46,612 bases of DNA, from positions 1-46,612 of the forward strand of contig JBBIOM010000017.1 of the NCBI GenBank assembly GCA_037443365.1. The letters are read 5' to 3'. Shown one piece after another: positions 35,450 through 45,259 of this stretch. Numbering within the stretch: the stretch's first letter is position 1; every line of letters starts with the position of its first letter. The stretch is from Armatimonadota bacterium. GTDB taxonomy: Bacteria; Sysuimicrobiota; Sysuimicrobiia; Sysuimicrobiales; Humicultoraceae. The notes beneath the pieces were generated by a model, which was not told where the DNA came from, ran no database searches, and saw only the letters and a list, made by a program, of their open reading frames with translations. The position numbers were made by a program, and so were the translations under genes.

Positions 35450-36547
35450 ATGCAGCAGCCGCGACTGATGCAGGGAAACGAGGCCTGCGTGGAAGGGGCG
35501 CTGGAGGCCGGGCTCCAGTTCTTCGCCGGGTACCCGATCACGCCATCCACGGAGATAGCCGAGATGCTCGCTGAGCGCCTGCCCAGGGCCGGCGGGGTGT
35601 TCATACAGATGGAGGACGAGATAGCCGGCATGGCCGCTGTCATCGGCGCCTCACTGGCGGGGATGCGCTCGATGACGGCGACCTCGGGACCCGGCTTCTC
35701 GCTCAAGCAGGAGAACCTGGGCTACGCGGCCCTCACCGAGACGCCCTGCGTGGTGGTGAACGTCCAGCGCGTGGGCCCCTCAACGGGCATGCCGACCTCG
35801 CCGGCGCAGGGCGATGTGATGCAGGCGCGCTGGGGCACGCACGGAGACCACCCGATCGTGGTGCTCTCGCCTTCTTCGGTGATGGAGACGTACGTGCTCA
35901 CCGTGAGGGCCTTCGCGATCTCCGACGAGCTGCGTCTGCCGGTGGTCCTTCTGACCGACGAGATCACGGGACACATGCGCGAGCGGGTGGCGTTGCCCGA
36001 CCCCGGAACCCTCCCGCGCTCCAGCCGGCCCCGTGAAGGCCAGGCGCCCCCGGACATCCCGCCCATGGTGCACTTCGGGGAAGGCCGGAGAGTGTTGGTC
36101 ACCGGGCTATACCGCGACTCCACCGGCTTCTGGACCGAAAGCCCGGAGGAGGCCGATCGGCTGGTCAGGCGGCTGGCCGGCAAGGTAGAGAGCAGGCGCG
36201 AGCAGCTCACCATGGTTGATCGCTGGCATCTGGATGACGCGCAGATCGCGGTGGTGGCCTACGGGTGCGTGGCCCGCTCTGCCCAGCGGGCCATGCGGCT
36301 TGCGCGCGAGCGGGGGAGGCGCGTCGGCATGCTGCGCCTGGCCTGCCTCTGGCCGTTCCCGGATCGCGAGATCGCGGCGGTCGCCGAACGCGTGGAGCGC
36401 ATCGTGGTGCCTGAAATGAACCTTGGCCAGATCGTGGGCGAGGTCGAGCGGGCCGCCCGCGGCCGGGCCAAGGTGATCGGGTACAGCCGCGTGGACACGG
36501 AGCTGATCCGCCCTGAGGAACTGCTGCCTGTGCTGGAGGGGGTGTAG
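35450..36547 (+). CDS. korA: 2-oxoacid:ferredoxin oxidoreductase alpha subunit
   Basis: GNEA, AGYPITPSTE, QMEDEIA, TATSGPGFSL, QRVGPSTGMPT, PEMNLGQ. Confidence 0.88.
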   Translation: MQQPRLMQGNEACVEGALEAGLQFFAGYPITPSTEIAEMLAERLPRAGGVFIQMEDEIAGMAAVIGASLAGMRSMTATSGPGFSLKQENLGYAALTETPCVVVNVQRVGPSTGMPTSPAQGDVMQARWGTHGDHPIVVLSPSSVMETYVLTVRAFAISDELRLPVVLLTDEITGHMRERVALPDPGTLPRSSRPREGQAPPDIPPMVHFGEGRRVLVTGLYRDSTGFWTESPEEADRLVRRLAGKVESRREQLTMVDRWHLDDAQIAVVAYGCVARSAQRAMRLARERGRRVGMLRLACLWPFPDREIAAVAERVERIVVPEMNLGQIVGEVERAARGRAKVIGYSRVDTELIRPEELLPVLEGV

Positions 36548-36549
36548 CG

Positions 36550-37380
36550 GTGGACGAGATGCGGTTCCTGCGCCGCGACCGCCTGCCGCACATCTGGTGC
36601 ATCGGGTGCGGGCACGGCATAGTGTTGGGTGCGGTGATCCGCGCCATGAACAAGGCCGGCCTGGATCAGGACCGCACGGTCGTGGTCTCGGGCATCGGCT
36701 GCTCGTCGCGCGCCGTCGGATACCTGAGCATGGATGCCCTGCACACGACGCACGGCCGGGCCCTGGCCTTCGCCACCGGGGTCAAGCTGGCCCGCCCCGA
36801 CCTCCGGGTGGCCGTGCTGGCCGGGGACGGCGACCTCGCAGCCATCGGCGGCAACCACCTCATACACGCCGCCCGGCGCAACATCGGGATCACCACGGTG
36901 TGCTTCAACAACGGGATCTACGGCATGACGAGCGGGCAGTATTCACCGCTGACGCCGGCGGGATATCGCACCACCACCTCGCCGTTCGGGCACCTGGAGC
37001 GCGACTTCGACCTGTGCCGCCTCGTGCAGGCCGCCGGCGCCACCTACGTCGCACGGAGCACGGTCTACCACGTGCACCAGACCATCAACTACGTGGAGCG
37101 GGCCTTCAAGCACGATGGGTTCTCATTCGTGGAGGTGTTCTCGCCCTGCCCCACCTACTTCGGGCGCCACAACCGCATGCCCGATCCGGTGACCATGATG
37201 GAGTGGCTGCGCGATAGCGCGGTCCAGGCCGGGCAGGCAGCCAGGATGAGCCCCGAAGAGCTGCGCGGCCGGGTGGTCATCGGCGAGTTCCACAGGACGA
37301 CAGAGGTGCCCGAGTACGCCCGCTCGTACCGCGAGATGGTCATCCGTCTGGCTCAGGGTGGAGATCGCGATGCAGGGTAG
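36550..37380 (+). CDS. korB: 2-oxoacid:ferredoxin oxidoreductase beta subunit
   Basis: WCIGCGHG, SGIGCS, HGRA, TPP motif GDGD...NNGIYGMT, CPT. Confidence 0.88.
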   Translation: MDEMRFLRRDRLPHIWCIGCGHGIVLGAVIRAMNKAGLDQDRTVVVSGIGCSSRAVGYLSMDALHTTHGRALAFATGVKLARPDLRVAVLAGDGDLAAIGGNHLIHAARRNIGITTVCFNNGIYGMTSGQYSPLTPAGYRTTTSPFGHLERDFDLCRLVQAAGATYVARSTVYHVHQTINYVERAFKHDGFSFVEVFSPCPTYFGRHNRMPDPVTMMEWLRDSAVQAGQAARMSPEELRGRVVIGEFHRTTEVPEYARSYREMVIRLAQGGDRDAG

Positions 37381-37936
37381 CCGTTGGGAAGTGCGCCTCG
37401 GAGGGGCCGGCGGGCAGGGCCTGATTACGGCTGGGATAATCCTGGCCGAGGCCGCGGTGCTGGCCGGGCGGAACGCGGTGCAGACCCAGTCGTACGGGCC
37501 GGAGTCGCGGGGCGGCGCCACCCGCGCGGAGGTCGTGATTGCCGATGGCGAGATAGACTACCCGAAGGTGACGAACCCCGACGCCCTGCTGGTGCTGACC
37601 GCGGAGGCCTATCGGCGCTACGGGAACAGGATCAAGGAGGGCGGGCTGCTGGTGGCCGATGCCGACCTCGTGGGGGAGATACCCAAGGGCCCCTACAGGA
37701 CCGTGCGCGTGCCCATCACCCGAATAGCCCGCGACGAGTTGAAGCGCGAGATCGTCGCCAACATCGTGGCCCTGGGCGTGCTCGCGGCGCTCACGCAGGT
37801 GGTCCCGGTGGAGGCGCTGGAGCGCGCCGTGCTGGCGCGCGTCCCGAAGGGCTCGGAGGAGTTGAACCGGCGCGCGCTGGCATGCGGCGAGGCGGCAGGC
37901 CGGCAGGCGCTGATCGAAGGGTCTGCCACAGCATGA
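37370..37936 (+). CDS. korC: 2-oxoacid:ferredoxin oxidoreductase gamma subunit
   Basis: GAGGQG, QSYGPESRGG, NIVALG. Confidence 0.85.
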   Translation: MQGSRWEVRLGGAGGQGLITAGIILAEAAVLAGRNAVQTQSYGPESRGGATRAEVVIADGEIDYPKVTNPDALLVLTAEAYRRYGNRIKEGGLLVADADLVGEIPKGPYRTVRVPITRIARDELKREIVANIVALGVLAALTQVVPVEALERAVLARVPKGSEELNRRALACGEAAGRQALIEGSATA

Positions 37937-39711
37937 GCCCAGCCGCCTCCTGGCGGGACGGGGACGACGAGCAACTGCTTCTCGACGAGGTGTCGCTCGA
38001 CGAACCGTGGGCGTTGATCGAGGCGTACAGCCGTCTCGTGCGCTCCTCCGGCACGAAGCACGAACGGCGGGCCTTCGACTACCTGAGCAGGCGCCTCAAG
38101 AAGCACGGCGTGCCCCACGCGATCCACACGCCGACGCTGCTCATCAGCGTGCCCAGGCGCGCGCGCCTGGAGGTCCTCGGGCCCGAGCGCCGGCTGCTGG
38201 CCGTCAAGACCCCTTCGATGTCGCTCTGCACGCGCGGCCGGTGGAGGCGCGGGGAGATCGCCTACGTTTCCACACGCCACATGAGCGATATCCGCGAGCT
38301 GTTCCGGGGCGTGGATGAGGAGCCGGTTGGAATCGCAGGAAAGATCGTCCTGACCGAGGGCTACGCCTCGCCGGGCAAAGTGGCCGACTTCACCAGGGGC
38401 GGCGCGATCGGCGCCATCTTCATCAGCCCCGGCGAGCGCATCCACGAGGGCATCTGCACCACGATCTGGGGCTCGCCCGACCTGGACTCCTGGGAGCGCA
38501 AGCCGGCCATCCCGGTGGTCTCGATCAGCAAGACCGACGGCGCCTGGCTGCGTGAGATGGCGCGCCAAGGCGGCGTCAAGGTTAGGATCTCAACGAAGCT
38601 GGACGAGGGATGGGTGGAGTGCCCGGTGTGCGTGGCCGAGATCCCAGGACAAGAGGCGCCCGACGAGTTCGTGCTGGTGCATGGCCACGTGGACGGCTGG
38701 CACCAGGGTATAGGCGACAACGCCACGGGCGACGCCACGCTGCTTGAGCTGGCGCGCGTGCTCTGGAAGCACCGGAACCGGCTGGCGCGCACGGTGCGCA
38801 TAGCGTGGTGGTCAGGGCACTCCCAGGGCCGCTACGCCGGCTCGGTCTGGTACGCCGACGCCTTCGGGCCCGACATCGACGCCCACTGCATCGCACACAT
38901 CAACTGCGACTCGACCGGATGCCGTTGGGCCACGGTGTACGAGGACGTGTTCTGGATGAGCGAGGCCGAGGGCATCGCGAAGGCGGTCATCAGGGATGTG
39001 ACCGGGCTCGAGGCCTCCGGCGGCAGACCGCTGCGCGCGGGCGACTGCTCGTTCTCGAACATCGGCGTCTCGACGTTCTACATGCTCTCCTCCACGATGC
39101 CGAAGCCCTTGTTGGAGGAGAAGGACTACTATCCGGTGGGCGGCTGCGGGGCCAACATCGCCTGGCACACCGAGGACGACACGCTGGAGATCGCCGACCG
39201 CGACAACCTGCTGCGCGACACGAAGGTCTACCTGGTGGCCGCGTACCGCACCGCCAACGCCACGCTGCACCCGCTCGACTTCCGCGCCACTGCCGATGAG
39301 ATACAGGGCACGCTGCGGGCCTACCAGGAAGCCGCCGGCGGGGCGTTTGATCTCGGCCTGCCGCTCGCCGAGGCAAGGGCGCTCCGCGCCGACCTCGACC
39401 GGTGGTACAGGGAGCGGCAAGCCCTCGCCGGGCGTCCGGCATCGGATCCCGCGGTGCGGGCGGCCAACGCCACACTGCGGAAGATCGCGCGCATCCTCGT
39501 GCGCATCGACTACACCCGCGCGGGCCGCTTCCGCCACGACCCTGCTGTGGACGTGCCACCGCTGCCCGATCTGGCGCCGACCGCGGCCCTGCGCGGCCTG
39601 CCGCCGGGAAGCGACCGATACCACGTGACGCAGAACCACCTGGTGCGCGGCCGCAACCGCGTCACCGCGGCGCTGCGCGACGCGCGCGCGCTGGTGGTTA
39701 CGAGCGGGTAG
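37933..39711 (+). CDS. M28 family peptidase with PA-like insert and atypical active-site motif
   Basis: ATG 37933 overlaps the korC stop; HGHVDGW, GDNATG, WWSGHSQGRYAGS, INCDS, WHTEDD. Confidence 0.75.
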   Translation: MSPAASWRDGDDEQLLLDEVSLDEPWALIEAYSRLVRSSGTKHERRAFDYLSRRLKKHGVPHAIHTPTLLISVPRRARLEVLGPERRLLAVKTPSMSLCTRGRWRRGEIAYVSTRHMSDIRELFRGVDEEPVGIAGKIVLTEGYASPGKVADFTRGGAIGAIFISPGERIHEGICTTIWGSPDLDSWERKPAIPVVSISKTDGAWLREMARQGGVKVRISTKLDEGWVECPVCVAEIPGQEAPDEFVLVHGHVDGWHQGIGDNATGDATLLELARVLWKHRNRLARTVRIAWWSGHSQGRYAGSVWYADAFGPDIDAHCIAHINCDSTGCRWATVYEDVFWMSEAEGIAKAVIRDVTGLEASGGRPLRAGDCSFSNIGVSTFYMLSSTMPKPLLEEKDYYPVGGCGANIAWHTEDDTLEIADRDNLLRDTKVYLVAAYRTANATLHPLDFRATADEIQGTLRAYQEAAGGAFDLGLPLAEARALRADLDRWYRERQALAGRPASDPAVRAANATLRKIARILVRIDYTRAGRFRHDPAVDVPPLPDLAPTAALRGLPPGSDRYHVTQNHLVRGRNRVTAALRDARALVVTSG

Positions 39712-42421
39712 CGCTGTCTCGCAGGATCGCTTCGAGATCGAAGAACCGCGCGCCTTCCAGCCCCCGGTACCGCTCCGGATGGCAGGTCAGCACGAGCACC
39801 TGCAGCCGTTCAGCGGCTTCCGCGAGAACGGGCAAGACTCGCGCCAGGCGTCCGGCATCGGTCGCCGTCAGCACGTCGTCGAGCACGACGAGCTGACGCT
39901 CGTCCTTTGCCAGCACGTCCGCCAGCGCCAGCCGCGTGGCAAGGTGGATCTGTTCCTTCTCGCCGCCTGATAGGTCTTGGATCGCCACGGATGAGTCTGC
40001 GATCCCGGGGCGGACGCCCTCGGGCTCAAACGCCTGCCCGATCTGTACGCGGCCCAACCCGCCTCCGGCAATGCGGTGGAAATAGCGTGTGGCAGCCGCC
40101 TCAACCGGGCCGGCAACGGCTGCCAGGGCTTCGGACCGGCACTGCGCCACGGTGTCGTGAAGCAGCCGGATGGCGTTGGCGCCCAACTCCTCCCGCGCGA
40201 TCTCGTCTTCCAGGCGCGCGACTTCCTCCTCGGCGCTGACCAGGGCCGAGTACGGCCCGGCGGCGGAGAGGTGCTGGAGCCTGCCTTCCTCGCTCTTCTC
40301 TTCTTCCAGGGCTCGGGTTGCCTCGTTCCTGACAGCCTCCAGCTGGCGTTCGAGCGTCGCGGCGGCCTCGCTCGGATCGCCACCGAAAGCGTTCACCCTC
40401 GTCGCGATGTCATCCAGCCCGGCGGTGGCCGCTTCCCAGGCCATCGCGGCCCGCCTCAGATCGGCCTCCCGCTGGTCGTCCTTCTTCCCGTCGGAGGCAA
40501 GATCGTCAAGCCGGGCCCGCAGCGCCTCGGTCCGCCGGTTGCCTTCGGTTACTTGAACCTCAATCGCCGCGAGCCGCCCGCGCGCCGCGGCCAGGGCCGC
40601 CTGCGCCGATTGCCACTCGACCTCCGCCTTCTCCACAACCGTTATGAAAGAGCGCTCGATCCCCTCGGCCGAGGCCCGCAGGGCCACGGCATCCGGCAGG
40701 GCCTTTCGCCAGAGCGGACGATGCTTGAGGATCTCCTCCACATCTGCCATGACCCGCGTCAGTTCGGTCTCGACCTCTCCAAAGGAACGCCCTGACAGCA
40801 GCGTCTCAATCTGAGCAGTGGCCTCGGCGACACGCTTGTCCAGATCCCTTGCCTTCTCCCGGAGCGACTCCAACGCATCCGGATCCGAGGTGCCGAACCC
40901 CCGCGTCAGTTCCTCCACCCTGCGCGCGGCGGCATCGCGTTCCTGGCGGATCTCGTCGGCAGACGCGGCGGGTCCTCGTGCGCGCAGCCGCGCCACCCCT
41001 GGCAGATTGACGACAACCTCGGGCGTGCCCTTGACAATAGTGGGCCTGCCTGGCACGAGTGTTCGGCGCCCGGTATCCTCACCGACGACCACCTCGACCG
41101 CACCTTGCTCCTCGGGCACGATCTCGAGCGTGATCAGCGCGGCGTCCAGGCGGACTTGGGCGTCGTCGCGTGCTTTCGCAGCCCGCCGGATGGCCCGCAT
41201 CGTCTTGTCGTCCGGGGCCAGCAGCTCGATGCGCGCCTTCCTACTCCTGTCGAGCGCCGCGGCGGCCTCGCTGATTCGGCTAAGGAGCTCCCCCGCAGCC
41301 TTCGCCTTCTCGCTGGACTCAACGTAGCGCCTGGCGTCCTCGGCCTCTCGCCGCGCCTTCTCTATCCCGTCACGCCCTCTGCGGGCGTCCTCCAAGGCGC
41401 TCTGGGATTTCGCGGCAGCAACCTCGCGCTCGCTCACCTCACGGGCCAGCTGCGGTGTCTCCGCCAGTGCGCGCTGTAGCGTCTCCCCGATTACCCCCAG
41501 TTCATCCCTGGCGGCCTTGATGTGGCCTATCTGCTGCTTGAGCGCGCGGTGGGTGGCATCTGCCGCCTTGACCTGCTCCTCCCGCGCCCGCTTCTCGGAC
41601 AGCAGGGCCTTGAAGGACTCCGCCTGCCTGCGGGCCTCGGCCAGAGTCCTCGTTATCTCCTCCTCGTTGCGCCTGGCCTGAGCGCGCCGGGCCCTTAGGT
41701 CCTCGACTTTGCGGCTGGCCTGCTCGAAGACCTCGTACTGCGCCCGCGCGTGCGTCCGCGCCGTGCGGGTTTGCGTCAACCGATCGCGCAGTCGGACGAG
41801 CGGAGGCGCGTCCTTCCCACGCCTGAGCTGACCGCCGGGCGTGTAGATCGCCAGGTAGACATCCTCGATCGCTTCCTCTAAGGGGCCGCTGCCCGGTCCA
41901 GAGACCTGCGCGCCAAGGGACTCTCGAATACGGGCGACCACGTCGCCTGAGAGGCCTGGCAGCGCCAGTTCTCCCTGCGGCACCCACAACACCTGGGCCA
42001 GGCCGCGGTTTTCGGGCCGCGCCAGGCCGCGCCCGGGCGGGTTGTGCGTCAGGAGTTGACGCACACGATCGTCGGCCGCGTCGCCTTCGGCCAGACGCGC
42101 GAACCGGCCTCGCTCCCGGCGCTCGAGCTCGGCGGTGGGCCGGTCCAGGAATCGCTTGGTCAGCCGGTAGTCGGCGCCGTCGTGCGCGAACTCCACCGTG
42201 ACCGTGGGCGCAAGAACGCGACCCCATGGACGCAGCGCTTCCACGTCTCTGCCCGTCACGCGGTGTCCATCGAGGAGCCCGCGCAGCAGGGCCTCGAACA
42301 GGGTGGACTTGCCGGTGGCGTTGGGCGCGTGGAGCACGTTGAGGCCGTCGCCAAACGGTCCGACCTGCACGGCGTCGGCGAAACACCGCCAGCCCTGCAC
42401 GCGGATCGTCCGGAGAATCAC
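39698..42421 (-). CDS. Rad50/SbcC-like ABC-type ATPase with long coiled coil
   Basis: Walker A APNATGKST, Q-loop VPQG, coiled coils, signature LSGGE, Walker B LVVLDD, LTCH. Confidence 0.85.
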   Translation of the reverse strand: MILRTIRVQGWRCFADAVQVGPFGDGLNVLHAPNATGKSTLFEALLRGLLDGHRVTGRDVEALRPWGRVLAPTVTVEFAHDGADYRLTKRFLDRPTAELERRERGRFARLAEGDAADDRVRQLLTHNPPGRGLARPENRGLAQVLWVPQGELALPGLSGDVVARIRESLGAQVSGPGSGPLEEAIEDVYLAIYTPGGQLRRGKDAPPLVRLRDRLTQTRTARTHARAQYEVFEQASRKVEDLRARRAQARRNEEEITRTLAEARRQAESFKALLSEKRAREEQVKAADATHRALKQQIGHIKAARDELGVIGETLQRALAETPQLAREVSEREVAAAKSQSALEDARRGRDGIEKARREAEDARRYVESSEKAKAAGELLSRISEAAAALDRSRKARIELLAPDDKTMRAIRRAAKARDDAQVRLDAALITLEIVPEEQGAVEVVVGEDTGRRTLVPGRPTIVKGTPEVVVNLPGVARLRARGPAASADEIRQERDAAARRVEELTRGFGTSDPDALESLREKARDLDKRVAEATAQIETLLSGRSFGEVETELTRVMADVEEILKHRPLWRKALPDAVALRASAEGIERSFITVVEKAEVEWQSAQAALAAARGRLAAIEVQVTEGNRRTEALRARLDDLASDGKKDDQREADLRRAAMAWEAATAGLDDIATRVNAFGGDPSEAAATLERQLEAVRNEATRALEEEKSEEGRLQHLSAAGPYSALVSAEEEVARLEDEIAREELGANAIRLLHDTVAQCRSEALAAVAGPVEAAATRYFHRIAGGGLGRVQIGQAFEPEGVRPGIADSSVAIQDLSGGEKEQIHLATRLALADVLAKDERQLVVLDDVLTATDAGRLARVLPVLAEAAERLQVLVLTCHPERYRGLEGARFFDLEAILRDSATRS

Positions 42422-43611
42422 CGCCGGGCCTCACCGGCGCCGGCCGCGGCGGAAAGCGCGTAGAGCTCCCTGAGGGCCCGGGAGGCAACCTCGAAAGACG
42501 CCCCCTCTGGCCGCACCCCTTCGTACGCGGGGTCAGCAAGCTGCCGGAGTCGCTCGGCGGCATCCCGCACCACGCCCACGGGCAGACCGGCCGTCCAGCT
42601 CTCATCCCCAGGGAACGGTCGCAGCTGGGATACGTCCACGCGACCGTGCAGGAACCGGGACGCGATGATCTCCTCGATGCGCGCTAGTTCGTCCTGGTCC
42701 GCAGCGGCGAGAAGGCCGGTCGCGCGCACCTCCAGCAAGGTCGCCGCGGCATCCCCCAGCGCTTCGATCCTTGCCCGAAGGCGCGGTAGATCGCCGGGCT
42801 CGCGCAGCTCCGCTTCGAACACGATCCAGGCAAGTCGGCCGGTGCGCACGGGCGTGATAACCGGCGTCGCCCCGGCCCCCGCGATCTCCACGATCAGCGC
42901 GTTCCCGCTGTCACGCTCGCCAAACCTGGTTGTCTCATGGGTGCCGGAATAGGCCGCGCGGATCGCACCATCGGGGGACGTGTAAGTCGTCGTGGAGTGC
43001 CAGTGGCCGAGCGCCAGGTAGTCGAGCCCTGCGCGCAGGGCGGCGTTGCGCGGGATGGGATAGTCGGGTTCTTCTTGATGGACCCCCTCCACCGTCCCGT
43101 GCGCGAGGCCGATGCGGATGCCGTTCTCCTCGCGCACGTTCCCCTCGCGTGGTGGAATCCAAGCGGTCGGGTCTTTGCCGGAGTGCTTTGTGCGGATCGG
43201 ACACGGGAACAGCACCCCGCCCTGGAGCGGCACCGGCTTCTCTTCGGTAAGCAGTTGCACCCCCGCGGGCCGCGCATCACCGCCGCCTTCCGGCGCGCCC
43301 GCACCCTGCCTCCAGGCCGGGTGTTCCCACACCGAGCCCGGCACCAACGGGTCGTGGTTGCCAGGGATGACGTAAACGGGACCCGCGAACTCGGCCAGGA
43401 TGTCGGCCACCCTCTGCACAAGGACGCGGTCTACCCCGTTGTCTTCAAAGGTGTCCCCGGCGAGCAGAATGAACTCGGCGCCGGCGGCGCGGGCCTCCCC
43501 GACCACCCGCCGCGCAGCGGCCAGGCGCTCCTCGCGCACGCGGGCGGCGGCCTCGCCCGCGTGTGCGACCCGCATGCCTATCTGCCAATCGGCCGTGTGG
43601 AGGAACTTCAC
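42418..43611 (-). CDS. Mre11/SbcD-like metallophosphoesterase nuclease
   Basis: GTG 43611 after AGGAGG; FLHTADWQIG, AGDTFE, PGNHD, AHG, LGHWH, YSGTHE. Confidence 0.88.
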   Translation of the reverse strand: MKFLHTADWQIGMRVAHAGEAAARVREERLAAARRVVGEARAAGAEFILLAGDTFEDNGVDRVLVQRVADILAEFAGPVYVIPGNHDPLVPGSVWEHPAWRQGAGAPEGGGDARPAGVQLLTEEKPVPLQGGVLFPCPIRTKHSGKDPTAWIPPREGNVREENGIRIGLAHGTVEGVHQEEPDYPIPRNAALRAGLDYLALGHWHSTTTYTSPDGAIRAAYSGTHETTRFGERDSGNALIVEIAGAGATPVITPVRTGRLAWIVFEAELREPGDLPRLRARIEALGDAAATLLEVRATGLLAAADQDELARIEEIIASRFLHGRVDVSQLRPFPGDESWTAGLPVGVVRDAAERLRQLADPAYEGVRPEGASFEVASRALRELYALSAAAGAGEARR

Positions 43612-43779
43612 CGGGTCCTCCTGTTGGGGATCTGCGCGCAGGCGCTGGATTCTGCACCGGCCCAGATTCCGTGGACGCGTTCTTGGATTCGATGACCGGG
43701 CCTCCCCCGCCTGCACGACGCTCGCGAGGGTCTCGTACGGGTCGCACGCGGCGGGCATCCGTGATGCCCCTCCGCGTCA

Positions 43780-43899
43780 TTACCAGGAACTCCCTGTGAT
43801 GATCCTGCCTGGGCCACCATGCGGATGTCCTTCGTTGGCCCACGCGGCAGGGGCAATCGCCAGCAGAGCGGTCATCCCGATCAACAGGATTTCTCTTAT
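43780..43899 (-). pseudogene. Possible remnant of a secreted His-containing protein
   Basis: Reads (ATA)REILLIGMTALLAIAPAAWA-NEGHPHGG then stops after 39 codons; the ATA overlaps the TAA stop of the upstream gene. Confidence 0.3.
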
Positions 43900-44249
43900 G
43901 CGAGCATCATCCTCATGGGCTGTAACTGCCGTGTAAATGGATTGAGGACGAGCCCCAGAATCTCCAAGGTGACCGTGCCGAGCAGAGCCTCGTCGCCGGG
44001 CTCGCCAAGGACCACGGGCGTGTGTCCCTGTCCCTGCGGTAACGAGATGTGGCACTCGGACACCCGACGCTCAACCGTAGTGCCGTCCGCCAGAGAAAAC
44101 GTCATGGTCCGCGTCGCGGCCAGCGCTACGGATCGCCAGATCTCGTGGGGGAGCAACGTGTAGGTCGCTCCGCTGTCCACCAGGAAGAGCACGGTCGCCC
44201 GCTGGCCGCTGGGACCGGTAATGGTTCCCTCGACATGCGTCATGCCCAC
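43896..44249 (-). CDS. Clan AA (retropepsin-like) aspartic protease
   Basis: FLVDSGAT catalytic motif, LADG flap, ALLG..TLE.LG; start GTG 44249 or ATG 44243. Confidence 0.85.
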   Translation of the reverse strand: MGMTHVEGTITGPSGQRATVLFLVDSGATYTLLPHEIWRSVALAATRTMTFSLADGTTVERRVSECHISLPQGQGHTPVVLGEPGDEALLGTVTLEILGLVLNPFTRQLQPMRMMLA

Positions 44250-44317
44250 CGAGTCCACCCCTACCCCTATCATCGTCGGGCGGGGTCACCTTGTGAAGCC
44301 CTGGTGTGCAGGGGCGC

Positions 44318-45067
44318 CTACGAAGCGATTCTCCCGTCAATCCCCACGACGACTACCTCTGGCACGATGTCCGCGCCCGACTGCCGGACGGCCTCCTCGA
44401 CCATGCGCACGAGCCCGGAGCAGCAGGGCACAACCATGATGGCCACGGTCAGCGACCGGATGTCGTTTCGCCGCAGGATCTCGGCCATCTTCTCCACGTA
44501 GCCCCGCGTGTCATCGAGCTTGGGACAGGCGATGACGAGCTTCTTCCCCCGCAGCAGGTCCTGGTGGAAGCTCCCCAGCGCGAAGGCGGTGCAGTCCGCG
44601 GCGACCAGCAGGTCGGCGTTGCGCAGGTAGGGTGCCAGCGGCGAGACCAGGTGGAGCTGCACCGGCCACTGTGTGAGTTCAGACCTCACAGGGACGGACC
44701 GCTCGTCGAGTGAGGGCTCCCTCTCGATTGTGATGGCCCGGCTCCCCGGGCAGCCCCCGTGGAACTGCATCGGCGCGCCGTGGACCTGGCGGGCCGCCTC
44801 CTCGCCGCGCGTCCTCAGCACGTGCGCGTGCGTGGCCCCGGCGTCGTAGGCCTCGCCCTCACGCTCCACGATGCGCAGCGCACCAGGCGCGCAGACATCC
44901 AGGCACGCTCCCATCCCGTCGCAGTAGATCTCGCGTACGAGGACGGCCTTACCCTCCGAATCGAGAGCGAGGGCGCCTTCAGCGCAGGCCGTGGTGCACA
45001 GGCCGCAGCCGTTGCACAAATCCCGATCGATCTCGATGACCTTGCGCTTGACCATGGTTGTGGGCAT
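44318..45067 (-). CDS. 4Fe-4S dicluster protein of the type usually linked to hybrid cluster protein (hcp) loci
   Basis: CNGCGLCTTACAEGA, CDGMGACLDVC, GGCPGS, SELTQWPVQL, ADCTAF, CPKLD, VPCCSG. Confidence 0.8.
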   Translation of the reverse strand: MPTTMVKRKVIEIDRDLCNGCGLCTTACAEGALALDSEGKAVLVREIYCDGMGACLDVCAPGALRIVEREGEAYDAGATHAHVLRTRGEEAARQVHGAPMQFHGGCPGSRAITIEREPSLDERSVPVRSELTQWPVQLHLVSPLAPYLRNADLLVAADCTAFALGSFHQDLLRGKKLVIACPKLDDTRGYVEKMAEILRRNDIRSLTVAIMVVPCCSGLVRMVEEAVRQSGADIVPEVVVVGIDGRIAS

Positions 45068-45187
45068 TGCGAGGTCCCCCCTCCCTGGAATCCCGTCCTC
45101 TAGACCCCGTCCTCATGCCCGGGGCGCTCGAGGCGTTGCCGAATGCGCCGGACAGCCCGATCTCATCACATCCGGCTGGGGGCGTCC

Positions 45188-45201
45188 TTGATCTGTGTCA
45201 A
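45188..45201. promoter_or_regulatory. Fnr/Crp-family binding site (TTGAT-CTGT-GTCAA)
   Basis: One mismatch from TTGAT-N4-ATCAA; about 120 bp upstream of the ferredoxin start and directly downstream of a Crp/Fnr gene. Confidence 0.7.
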
Positions 45202-45259
45202 GAGGCGGTACTTGAGGCCGTCCGGGAAGTCGTCCGGGCGGCCTCCCGGGCGGCGCGGC

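Noticed and set aside
43896-44249. Retroelement or prophage suggested by the retropepsin-like protease
   Set aside because: Stand-alone clan AA proteases are common in bacteria; no RT, integrase or phage genes are present.
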